64,000 bases of DNA from Tubiluchus corallicola (lineage: Eukaryota > Animalia > Priapulida). The notes under the pieces were generated by a model that had not been told where the DNA came from, made no database searches, and saw only the letters and a program-made list of their open reading frames with translations. Position 1 is the first letter of the stretch; each line of letters opens with the position of its first letter. The translations under genes and the position numbers were made by a program. Positions 13,820 through 24,575 of the stretch are shown here, piece after piece. Location: the NCBI GenBank assembly GCA_030141605.1, contig JAQGDQ010000426.1, positions 1-64,000 of the forward strand, in the 5' to 3' direction.

Positions 13820-16800
13820 TTTATTATTTATTTATTTATTTATTTATTAAATATATCCACAATGATCATTACAGCATTGTACATAAAAGTATTTAATAAT
13901 ATATTTATTATTATGTGTTCAAGATGCCAAGCCGCAAATGACCCGTGGGGTACTCAAGAAGTAATTACTTTTTTAGAGTACCCCAAATGAATGTGGACTA
14001 AGTGTAATAGAAAAGAGCACTAAAGGAATAGAAGAAAGGTTAATAGAAAATAGAAAGAAGAAGAAAGGTGTGATGGTATCTGTATGAAGTAACATGAACT
14101 ATAGAAATGTAAAAATTGACATAATCAGCAACACAATGGATTACGACAGGGACAGCAGTGTAATTAATCAAATTGATTTATTCTGTATAATTAGAAAATA
14201 TTTCATTTTTAAAATTTCTTTTGAAGTTATTTATAGATAAAGAATTTTTTATGTATTCGTTTATGTTATTCGAAAGTCTAGGGCCAGTGTTAGTGATGAA
14301 GTGCCTTGCCGCGTCAGTCCTGCAATACTTAATACAAAATTCGTTAAATCTTGTTGAGTAATGACGTACGTTAATGGATAATGGGTTTAAAAAGAAAGCT
14401 GGGTGAAGTTTATGTTTGGTTTTGTAGATGAACACAGCGGTATTCAGGTTTATTAGATCATTTAGCACTAGAGTAGAATAATTCTTAAAAAGATTAAGAC
14501 CTACATGTTCACGCTTGTTCAAATTACCTATCGATCTTATAAATTTACGTTGTAGAGAGTTTAGTTTAACTAGAGTTGAAGGGTAGGTGTGCCCCCAAAG
14601 TATATTACAGTAGGTTAAGTAAGGCAGTACTAGACAATTATAAAGAGTGATTAGGTGTTCTTTTGTAAAACAATGTTTAACTCGACTGATTAAGCCGATG
14701 TTTTTAGCAACTTTAGAATGAATCATGTTTAAGTGTGGTTTCCATTCTAGGTGTTCATTTAACATAACCCCTAGGAACTTCATTTCACTTACTTGTTCTA
14801 CAGCATTACCATCAATTTTTATAATACTGTTCATATTTATAGGTTTGTTACGAGCTCTGAATAAAATGTATTTAGTTTTAGGTGAGTTTAGTGCTAATTT
14901 ATTGATTTTAAACCAGGCTGTAATTTTACTGAGTTCACTATTAATAATGTTAGTACCAAGTAACTTGCTGCTGATCTTGAAAAAAAATACTTTTCCATTG
15001 TCAGTAATACAGTTTTGTAAGTCATTAATGTATATTAAAAACAACAGAGGTCCCAAAATAGATCCCTGGGGTACTCCGTATGTGACTATTACTTCGTTGG
15101 AAAAAACATTGTTACATTTGACTGCTTGAGTTCGATCCTTGAGGTAATTAGCAAACCATGAGTATGCGACCCCTCTAATGCCATAGTGGAATAACTTATC
15201 TAACAGAATGGCATGATTAACTGTATCAAAGGCCTTAGAGAGATCGCAAAAAATGCCAATGGCAACAGCATTTTGTTCTAATGAATTAATTACGTTGTTT
15301 ATTATATTTATTAGGGTTGCTGTGTAGAACTACCCTTTCTAAAGCCATACTGATGATTATAAAGTACACTATGTATAGTCAAGTAGTCTAATAATCTTTT
15401 ATGGACTATTTTTTCTAATATTTTAGAGAAAAAAGGTTATAATGATATGGGTCTATAGTTATTAATATCTAAGGAGTCTTTAGCCTTAAACACCAGAATA
15501 ATTACTGATTTTTTAAGTTGATAAGGTAATTTTCCTGTTGTTAATGAGCAATTGATTATATGTGTTAAAGGAGCGGCTAAGTTATCAATTAAATCAATTA
15601 TGACTTTGGGGAGAAAGCTGTCAAAGCCTGCCCCTTTATTACGGTTGAAAGATTTACATGTAGATTTTAATTCATTTATTGTAACAGGACTGAAGAAAAG
15701 AGTAGACTGATAATCACCCTTAAGATAAACTTTAGGGTTGACACCAGTATTTGGAATTTCTGCAGCTAATTTTTGGCCAATCTGTGAGAAATGCTCGTTG
15801 AAAGCACAAGCGACAGATTTATTGTCAGTTATTAATTTGTTGTTAATTTTAAGAGTATATGAACCAGATTTTCTATTTGACTGCAAAATTTCTTTCATGA
15901 TAATCCACGTTTTCTTCAAGTTAGTTTTAACATGTTCCAGTTTGTTTTGATAATAATTAGATTTAGAGAGTTTTATTATGTTGTTTAACCTATTACGATA
16001 CCGTTTGTATTCACGAATTATGGGATCATAATACATAATTAATATTATTCTTGAGAAGTTGATTATACAACTTATTTTTACATTTAATGCTATTCAAAAT
16101 GGCAGGTGTAATCCATGGCTTTTTAATGGCACCAGGATTTATATTATCGTTGTTAATTGTAGTTATATTGTTATTGTACATCATTTGGAATTTATCTAAA
16201 AATAAATTATACGCTTCTTGTGGTTCAGATGTAGTATATACATCCTTCCAATCAGAATTATTCAGGTCAGAAGCAAATTTGCGTTTAATACGGTCATTAT
16301 AGAGACTTCTATTATATTTAAAGAAATAAGACGTAGTTACGTTTAAATCGATTATCAAGAAAATTGGCAAGTGATCAGTAATGTCAAAAAGTAAATTACC
16401 AGATTTGAATTTATGTTCAATTACATTGGTAAAAATATTGTCTATCAATGTTGAACTATTAGGCGTTATACGTGTAGGTAAGGTAATTACAGGAAAAATA
16501 CTATTAGAGATCATAGTGTTTAAAAAATCAGATGTAGCTTCATGGGTTGAGAAGGTTAACAAATTAATATTGAAGTCACCAAGAATGAAAATTTGTTTCT
16601 TATGACGGGTTACAGTAGACAATAAATTAGATAACTGCTCAGTGAAACGTTGGGGATCTTCACCAGGTGGTCTATAAACAGAACCCACTATTATATTTGT
16701 AGCTTTGCTAACATGTATTTCAATGAAAATTGTTTCTAAGATCTCATTACTGACGCTGAGATCATTTCTTACTGAATAATTGATATTATTACTGATGTAT

Positions 16801-16850
16801 AAACCTACACCACCTCCTTTTTTATATTCTCGATTTTTACTAACGTATAT
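13820..16850 (-). mobile_element. 5'-truncated, frameshifted APE-RT LINE (CR1/L2-group-like) in intron 1 of the Cys-rich gene
   Basis: Endonuclease motifs GGGVGLYI, VYRPP, LGDFNINLL, PTR..TLIDNIF, TDHLPI. RT motifs NYRPISL, DLSKAFDTVNH, GVPQGSILGPLLFLIYIND. Frameshifts near 16030, 15437 and 15320. 3' UTR hairpin at ~13947-13984 and an (AAAT)n tail at ~13820-13848. Confidence 0.93.
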
Positions 16851-16999
16851 GAAAACGAACTTGGTAGACAAATGAAAGAAAAAGTTTAGAATCAAATATA
16901 AATGTTAGTAATGAATTAATTTTTGTTAATTGGTCGTGTACAATTCTGCAAAAAATACTTTATAAACTTTTCAAGTGAAGACAAAACAAAAACACTTAC

Positions 17000-17054
17000 C
17001 AAAAATACACAATGCGCACAATAGAAAAGCAACGGTAACGGCAATATTACACAT
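17000..17054 (-). CDS. Unknown secreted Cys-rich protein, first coding exon (signal peptide)
   Basis: MCNIAVTVAFLLCALCIF plus G|gtaagt donor; phase 1 fits the downstream exons. Confidence 0.75.
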
Positions 17055-17130
17055 TTCAAGTTTTCAACGGACTTGTTCGTGAGACAACTGTTCATTCGTA
17101 ATATACAATGCAAATGCCGTCTGCATACAC

Positions 17131-17229
17131 ATTTATAATTTCATGGGTATCGACAATATGTGTAATATAAATTATGTTGTGTTATCTATGGGTATTAGCA
17201 ACACTGTGCAACCAACTTGTTTCTAGGAA
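17131..17229 (-). promoter_or_regulatory. Candidate promoter of the Cys-rich gene: TATA box and STAT-type site
   Basis: Minus-strand TATAAAT at 17131-17137, ~80 nt upstream of the ATG; TTCTAGGAA (TTCYNRGAA) at 17221-17229. Confidence 0.4.
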
Positions 17230-18036
17230 ACGAGGTTTGGCGAATTCTATGGATCACTTTATGAATAAATTTTTTATCTGTATTCTGCGTGTAATAAGGA
17301 CTTATTGCACATTATTATACATAACAATTGGATACTGTCGGTGTTTGGGCTTTCAAAACCAAATTTGAAGCTTGATTACAAAACCATAAACAAATGACAA
17401 AAAATAAATAACACTAGCCAAAAGTCAATTTTACATAATTCAGAGTTTCATACTGCACCGTCGCATTAATCAATAAATAGCTGTTATCTAATAGTAAATT
17501 CAAATTTTATAAAGTAATTTGAGTATATACGTACGTTTTTAACCCCAAATCATAAGCAATTGCAACAGCTAACAACAATATTTAATTAACCCACCATGAC
17601 ACGTCCTCCCTTCACACGCCTCTGACACCGATCAAACTGATCAGGTGTCCAGGCCAAAAAATCGCCACAAGGTGGCCAAAGCCAACAACAAGTGAAGGCC
17701 GCAAAGCCCGCTAATGCCAGATTTCCAGTACAGTCAGAATACAAACAGGGGAGGCAGAAAGAAGAGAAGAAAGAAAAAACACAGCAAAAAACGGATAATT
17801 AAGAAAACAAAAAGAAGAGGAATGGAAGAAAAAGAAATCAGATGGAAAAACAAAAAATACGAAGGATGAAATGAAAACAGAAGAATGGAACCCCACTGCA
17901 AAACTTCCCCTGACCTGCAGTTTCATGTCACTACGCTAGTGCTATTCTTCTATAGCAAGTGCATTCTGAAACCCGACGAATCTAAACTAGAATAGTCAAT
18001 AAATTATTACGACGACTGCTGATGTTACTTCTTCTT

Positions 18037-18091
<55 letters not shown>

Positions 18092-18094
18092 AAA

Positions 18095-18175
<81 letters not shown>

Positions 18176-18188
18176 GACTACTACTACT
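18037..18188. repeat. (CTA)n/(CTG)n microsatellite
   Basis: Directly visible. Confidence 0.95.
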
Positions 18189-19048
18189 TGTACATTAAGT
18201 TAGGCTTATTAGCATACATAGATAAACTTTCTTTTAGTAACAAGTCCCAGTTATTTGTAGCTCTGGTCAAACTGCTGAAATTATTAAAATCAGTTTTGTG
18301 GCCAAAGGCACAAATATGGTTATGACTGCTAGAGTGATGAGGACTTCACGACTTTTTAATTTCTTTGCCAGTTCTAGACGAAAAGTTGACATAATCATAA
18401 GAATGATATTCATAATTCAGCATCATGACAAAAGCACAAATAAATGGGACCTATTAATAACAGAAAGTTGAACTATGTGCAGTGATAATTCTTCTCTTAA
18501 TGTGTAAACTAGTTTAACATGATTCGTGCTTTTCAGCTATTTTCCGATTTTCATGAAAACTACATCAAAGTGAATTAATCTTTTTCTATTTAACAAGTAT
18601 TCCTTTTCAGTGCCTCCTTTAAAGCGTTGGCGTTCACTGCAGTGGCGCGCTCTAATGTTGACGACGTTAATTTTTTGTATAAGTTGAACCAAGCAATTTT
18701 CTTAAAGAGTTTTAAAGGTTTCAACATTTTTCGAATGAGTTTTCTAAACTCTAAAAAATAAACTGGTTTTTGGAAATGATTTTGTAAAATCAAATAATGC
18801 TTCAATTTAAAAGTCATTAGAACAAAAATGTTTTAAGTAGATGAAAAATCTCTTTATTATAAATGTCGGTCAAAAACAAAACAAAAATTTCATAAAAATT
18901 AAATAATTGTAAGAATAATCGACTTTATTTTCAAGTTCGATAACTGTCTAGGACTTAGTAAAAAGGACTTAGTGAAGAAATAACCAAGATATATTAATTT
19001 TATATTATTTGCAAATAAATACAACAATTATGCATAATAAAATAAACA

Positions 19049-19265
19049 CCATTCATTTATGTCTATGGTCTACATTCATTTATGTCTATAGTCTACATTC
19101 ATTTATGTCTATGGTCTACATTCATTTATGTCTATAGTCTACATTCATTTATGTCTATGGTCTACATTCATTTATGTCTATGGTATACACTCATTTATGT
19201 CTATGGTCTACATTCATTTATGTCTATGGTCTACGTTCATTTATGTCTATGGTCTACATTCATTA
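19049..19265. repeat. 23-bp minisatellite at the start of the 3' UTR of cytokine-like gene A (counterpart at ~27381-27572)
   Basis: Tandem units of ACATTCATTTATGTCTATGGTCT. Confidence 0.92.
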
Positions 19266-19460
19266 ATTTTCACAATAGGCTTTTCTTGCGTCCAGGACTT
19301 CTCGTAAAGCTGTCTTGCACATACCAATATGTTCTTTAAGTCTCAGTAAAACTACATTCGTAGCGTCTCTCATTTCGCCGATTGTGTCTACATGGTATTT
19401 ATATGTAGGACAGACTGGCTTTTCTCTCGCTGCAAAATCCAGAAATTCTGGCACTGGATC
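19263..19460 (-). CDS. Putative long-chain helical cytokine A, exon 5
   Basis: Acceptor cttctgttacag, phase 0: DPVPEFLDFAAREKPVCPTYKYHVDTIGEMRDATNVVLLRLKEHIGMCKTALREVLDARKAYCEN*. Confidence 0.85.
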   Translation of the reverse strand, partial: DPVPEFLDFAAREKPVCPTYKYHVDTIGEMRDATNVVLLRLKEHIGMCKTALREVLDARKAYCEN

Positions 19461-19770
19461 CTGTAACAGAAGTACAGAATAACAAAAAAATATTTATTTA
19501 AAATATTTATTTGTTTTATTTATAATATATCTATGAACTTAGTCAAGAGGCTTATATGTCCATTAAAACATCGTAAAATAATTCGACAATGTACAGAAAG
19601 CAAAATTAGAGCTAAAAGTACAATATACATGGTACATACCTTTTGCCATTTATTTTATATGCACGCTGTCACATCAAAATATAATCATTATTATTAATAT
19701 CTATTCTTCTCCGTGTTTCTTGATATTGCATTTGTATTTACACTTCCAAATAAATTTACTATTATTATTA

Positions 19771-19878
<108 letters not shown>

Positions 19879-19891
19879 TACATTATAATTA

Positions 19892-20312
19892 CCGTATTTT
19901 CCCATGTATAAGAGACCCTTTTTTGCTCAGAATTTTCACTTTAAAAATAGGGGGTCTCTTATACATGGGAGTAAGCCAACCCTTGGAGAAGTCTGCAGCT
20001 GGGTCCTCAAGGCATGGAATGGTGTAAAGCCAGAGGTCATTTTTAAATCTTTCAAGAAGTGTGGCATCTCCAATGCCATGGACGGCACAGAGGACAATGC
20101 CATTGAGCAGAGTGACTCCTCTGATGATGAGCTGGCTGGAATTGCTGAAGGTCTGACTCCAGTTGATATTTTTGATGAGAGTGATGAGGAATTTAATGAT
20201 TTCTATGATGGATAAAGTTATTCATTACCAAAAAACTTTTTTCCAGAATTTTTGCCTAAAAATTGAAGGGGTCTCTTATACACAAGGGTCTCTTATACAT
20301 GGGAAAATACGG
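19892..20312 (+). mobile_element. pogo/Tigger-family MITE carrying a transposase C-terminal fragment
   Basis: TIRs CCGTATTTTCCCATGTATAAGAGACCC with TA duplication. Encodes WVLKAWNGVKPEVIFKSFKKCGISNAMDGTED. The empty site with a single TA is at ~28156 in unit 2. Confidence 0.92.
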
Positions 20313-20699
20313 TACATGGTTAGTACAACATAAATATTCAAGTAGGTGCAAATAAATTAAAAATGCTGGTAAAAAGATGAAAACTTGGTTAGTACGAAAA
20401 AATTGTATCATTATGGTAAAAAATTTACATCTTACATCATTTTTTCAATCACACATTTTCTAGTAAATATTTTTTAAAATTTTCTTAATTTATTTATATT
20501 ACTGGCTTGTTTTATTTGGGTAAATTATTCACATTACAGCACCATTATACATGACAGAATGTTACATAACTTTGGTTCTGCGCTTAGGATGGAATTTGTG
20601 GCATTGTCGAGTTTGGTATTAATGCTGTCGGAAAGTCCGCTTTAAACAAAGCCTGGCTCGTATGCTTCTGATACTTACACCTCTTATTTCTGGAGAATG

Positions 20700-21010
20700 G
20701 GTACGTGCCTAGGGCGCTGGTGGGGATGTAATGCTCATATTTAGATTTCACGGGAGGACCACCGTCAATGCCTGCTATGGGCATTTTCCCGGACCCAACT
20801 CCCAATTTTTTCGAAATGATTCAGTGGGACTCTTGGAAGGAAATATAAGACTCTTTAGAAAGAGGAAGAGCAAGGCTACACGATGATATGAGCTGCATTT
20901 TAGGATGCTTCCTTTCTGAAGAGCTGTGACGAGTTGATTGAAGGTTCCATTTTTGGCAACTTTCGCTTGGAAACCTGCTGACGCAACGCAATTGTTGTGA
21001 CGTCATCCAT
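20700..21010 (+). mobile_element. Diverged intronic copy of the Helitron-like repeat family (counterpart at ~28550-28880)
   Basis: GGGCATTTTCCCGGAC and TCTTTAGAAAGA..GGCTACAC match the reverse complement of 35455-35640 and 38140-38220. Confidence 0.6.
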
Positions 21011-21568
21011 TATACTCTGTCCATAATCTTAGAACTTTAATTCAGTAAAAGCTGCTACTGGCTTTGCGTTATAAATGAGGACTATAGGATGTTTGCGTAT
21101 TATTGATTATAAGTATATTTATAAGCAAAATTGTTTTGCTAGTAAGAAATAAAAACTATTAGTTACAGCGTTTACCCAACTCATTGTTTTCGTTTAATTT
21201 TACTAATTTTTTGTTTTTATTTTTTTTAAATAATAAATTCATAAGCACTTTTTACAGGTGACTGTTTTGCATGTTAAATGGTAAGTTTTTAGTTTCTGTT
21301 AAATTGGAAAAATGTAGCCAGTTTTTGGGTGACTCTTGAACTTTTTTGTAAACAAGATTTTTTCCGCAGTTATAATTAAAAATCAACTGCACAGTTAAAA
21401 TTTGAACTCAAAAATTAAAGGTTCTTAGATTTTTATTGTGATTCGAACCACATACTTAGAGCAGATGTGTGAATAAGCACAAAACTGGAGTTTTAGTTCA
21501 CACGAGAAAGTTAGTTCATTGTAAATATGGCAAAGGTCACGCCGATTATCCAGAAAACCAGAACTTAC

Positions 21569-21982
21569 CATGTTAACATACACGTCATCAGTAGTGAGTT
21601 CCTCCCCTTCACTGTTAACAATGGTAGATCTCAACCCATCATCACTAGACTCTGAATTGAGTCTGCTCGGATCAATCTTTGTGGAAATAGGTTCAACGTT
21701 TGAACGTTCGACTTTTGATTCCCTTCCACCAATACTGTTTGTCTCTTCTATACTCAATTCGTCTTTCTCAAGATTGTGCAGTTCCTCGGAAGATGACACC
21801 TCTGGCGTTATGAGAAAGAAAGGCAGATCAGTTATATTATAAAAAATGGTGTCCAAGTATTCTTCCAGTTTCTTTAGCTTGTCTTTTCCAATACTGCCGA
21901 GCAACACTTTATTGATTTCTGGAACCCTTGTCAAAAAACTGTAGTGATGTACAGAGTAGGCGATCTTCCTACACAGATGATA
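21569..21982 (-). CDS. Putative long-chain helical cytokine A, exon 4
   Basis: Acceptor tgtatttttag, donor gtaagt, 414 nt, phase 0-0: YHLCRKIAYSVHHYSFLTRVPEINKVLLGSIGKDKLKKLEEYLDTIFYNITDLPFF, then an acidic S/E-rich segment ending DDVYVNM. Confidence 0.85.
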
Positions 21983-22291
21983 CTAAAAATACAAATTCAT
22001 TGAAAATAGATCAACAAAACGGATGAATAGTTAAATTTTTGTACCAATATGTCATACAAGGCATCATGCAAGTACATTACTTCCCTTATAAATAACAAAC
22101 CGTCTTCTTAAAAATTATTTCAGGGTAAGTTATTAATTCATTATAAAGACGATTATATTTATGAATAATGCACCATAAAAAATGGCGAATAAACGATGAA
22201 GATGATTGCAAGGATGATGATGATGTTGATGATGAAAACGATAGTCGATGATGATGATGATCGATCATGACGACGACGATGATGATGAAAG

Positions 22292-22324
<33 letters not shown>

Positions 22325-22417
22325 CTGAAAATAATAGAATAAAGCGCAAAAGAACGACGAGGACGAAGAACGATGATAAAATGTGGGAAACAATGAGTAG
22401 AAAGACGCTGTACTTAC

Positions 22418-22585
22418 AAACGATTGTTGGTCTGTTGATTTAAGAAACGCAGTCACTGGAGGTATGTATCGGTAAACTTTGTCTTCACAGAATGGATCAC
22501 AGTCCTTTTGTTCCACTATTAGCTGCTTACAGTTTTTGTCTGGTGCTGGAATTAATAACCACTGCTCTTTACGTGCTTGGCGTAG
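22418..22585 (-). CDS. Putative long-chain helical cytokine A, exon 3
   Basis: Acceptor gcatttttcag, donor gtaagt, 168 nt, phase 0-0: LRQARKEQWLLIPAPDKNCKQLIVEQKDCDPFCEDKVYRYIPPVTAFLKSTDQQSF. Confidence 0.85.
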
Positions 22586-22787
22586 CTGAAAAATGCAACA
22601 CAATTTTACACAGAGGGACTCAGGCAAACATAAGTATTCATTATGGAAATTGTTTGGAATTTTTTTTTGGAAATTGTTATTTTAAGTCAGATTAAACAAT
22701 GCTTGGCCGAAAGTTTATTGCAAATCGTAATTCTAAACCTTGCATATTTTGGGAGACCTTCAAAACTACTTCTCCATATTCAAACCA

Positions 22788-23205
22788 GATAGACATAGAC
22801 ATGGACCTAGATATAAACATAGACACAGACATAGACCTAGGCATTTTTTATTAATCTCCTCATTTACATCAGAATACAAATAGGCCGTAATTACTATATA
22901 GACATTGGCATAAACATAGACACAGACATAGACATAGACATGGACATGGACTTAGACATGGACCTAGACATAGACATGGACCTAGACATAGACATAGACA
23001 TAGACCTAGGCATAAACATAGACATAGACATGGACCTAAACATAAACATAGACATAGACATAGGCCTAAGCATAAACATAGACATAGACATAGGCCTAAG
23101 CATAAACATAGACATACACATGGACCTAGGCATTTTTTATTTATCTCCTCATTTACATCAGAATACAAATAGGCCGTAATTACTATATAGACATTGGCAT
23201 AAACC
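22788..23205. repeat. (GACATA)n-type hexamer composite with an internal duplication (counterpart at ~30648-31170)
   Basis: Directly visible; source of the CL/MS/DI dipeptide ORFs. Confidence 0.92.
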
Positions 23206-23299
23206 AGTTGCTACAGCTACTACGCCTACTTCTACCGCCAAGCAAAAATGGAATATTGATCTTTGATTTCCTCCAGTAAAATTAGTTTCGTTTTATAGT

Positions 23300-23613
23300 G
23301 GATAGTGAGTTGTATTGGTTGTGTGTAGCTGCTTATTGATGCTTGAGAAATGGCAAAGCTATCAAGAGTCTGATTATAAAATGACACGTTTATTAAACAT
23401 CAACACAGTAAATATAAATAGCAATGCCATAGGCCCCTGATCTAACGGTCTGTACGCTCCGGCTCCCAGACTCAATCTGAGACTAATTTCTTGAGCTGGA
23501 AGCCCCGCAGGCCTTATATATCGTGTGCGATGGCGAATGCCTCATTTCCTTGGATCACGTAATCACGTGACACCACTCCTTAACTGGCTTCATCATACCA
23601 GCATCTATCAACA
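23300..23613 (-). mobile_element. Possible solo LTR in intron 2 (counterpart at ~31265-31579)
   Basis: Minus strand starts TGTTGATAG and has TATATAAG followed by AATAAA; no clear TSD found. Confidence 0.35.
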
Positions 23614-23783
23614 TAATTATTTATTATAATCTACTGCTCTTAGCATAATTTAACAGGTTTTCTTTAACAGGTTTTCTTTACTCCTCCTTTTGACACACAC
23701 GGTCGGATTCTAAATGACGAAAGGTCCATGATTGCACAACTTGCTTTTTTAATTTTCATAATAAAACCTAATAATAAACTTAC

Positions 23784-23956
23784 GAAATCTTCCCGTATTT
23801 GTTCCACAAAATAGATGCAGTGATTCAGACGGGAAACTACAGCCTCTATTTCGCTATGGTACAGGTTAGGGAAGAGTTGTGCAACAGCACTTGTTGATAC
23901 CAATGAGGCGAACCAACAGTGAGTCCACAAGATTATTGCAACGTAACAAAAACAAC
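23784..23956 (-). CDS. Putative long-chain helical cytokine A, exon 2 (signal peptide and helix A)
   Basis: Acceptor tttttttcaacag, donor gtaagt, 173 nt, phase 1-0: (S)CFCYVAIILWTHCWFASLVSTSAVAQLFPNLYHSEIEAVVSRLNHCIYFVEQIREDF. Confidence 0.85.
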
Positions 23957-24364
23957 CTGTTGAAAAAAAGATTTAAACTCACATAAGCTAATGAAAATTA
24001 AGCAACTTTAGAATGGTTATTTTTTAGATTTAATACCTATAGGTAATTTGCTTTCTAATATATCATATTTGCAAATTATATAAGACGAGTCGTTTAACGA
24101 AAGTGTCCAAGTGTCCATTCCTGTAGCAAATAGTGCAAATGATCTTCGAAACATTAATCAATGTCAAAAACCACTTGTTTTTTACTCGTGTTTGTCTTAT
24201 AAATATGTGTGTTCAGTTTACCTATGATATTAAGTCTTTACAGCATATTATGTAAGGCGGGTCGTTTGACGAAAGTTTGCGAAAAACATCCACAAATAAA
24301 ATTTTCAAATGTATCAATAGATGTTCAGCTAATACATCAATTCAGCATTATTATTTTAACTTAC

Positions 24365-24377
24365 TATGATATTTCAT
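24365..24377 (-). CDS. Putative long-chain helical cytokine A, exon 1 coding part (MKYH)
   Basis: ATGAAATATCATA|gtaagt; phase 1 matches exon 2; ~90 nt downstream of a TATA box. Confidence 0.75.
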
Positions 24378-24465
24378 ATCTTAGCAAATGAAATATTAAA
24401 ACTAAAGAACAACAAAAGTTTCGACTGAATATTTTGAAACGATGCTCAACTTCGAGCTGTCACGA

Positions 24466-24575
24466 TATTTATAGGCACCCCATGGGCTATTTTTAGACAA
24501 ATGGCTATAATATCGGTAAATTCCTTGTAATACGTCAAGTGATGCAATGCACGCGTACTTTGGGAATTACACATG
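24466..24575 (-). promoter_or_regulatory. Inducible-type promoter of cytokine-like gene A
   Basis: Minus-strand TATAAATA at 24466-24473; kB-like GGTAAATTCC at 24515-24524; CRE-like TACGTCA at 24531-24537; C/EBP-ATF composite TGATGCAAT at 24540-24548; kB-like GGGAATTACA at 24562-24571. Confidence 0.6.

Noticed and set aside
17590-17730. GC-richer structured patch with hairpin GACACCGATCA..TGATCAGGTGTC and GCTAAT, considered as a hammerhead or HDV-like ribozyme
   Set aside because: I could not build the full conserved core or pseudoknot by hand; more likely a retroelement UTR remnant. A covariance-model search would settle it.
18590-18817. 75-aa ORF conserved in both duplication units (also 26904-27131)
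   Set aside because: The conservation is explained by the recent duplication; it lies downstream of the cytokine-like stop and has no domain signal.
20584-21006. ORFs in intron 4 as an extra exon of the cytokine-like gene
   Set aside because: The sequence matches the dispersed Helitron-like repeat and has frame-breaking indels between units; exons 4 and 5 join in phase without it.
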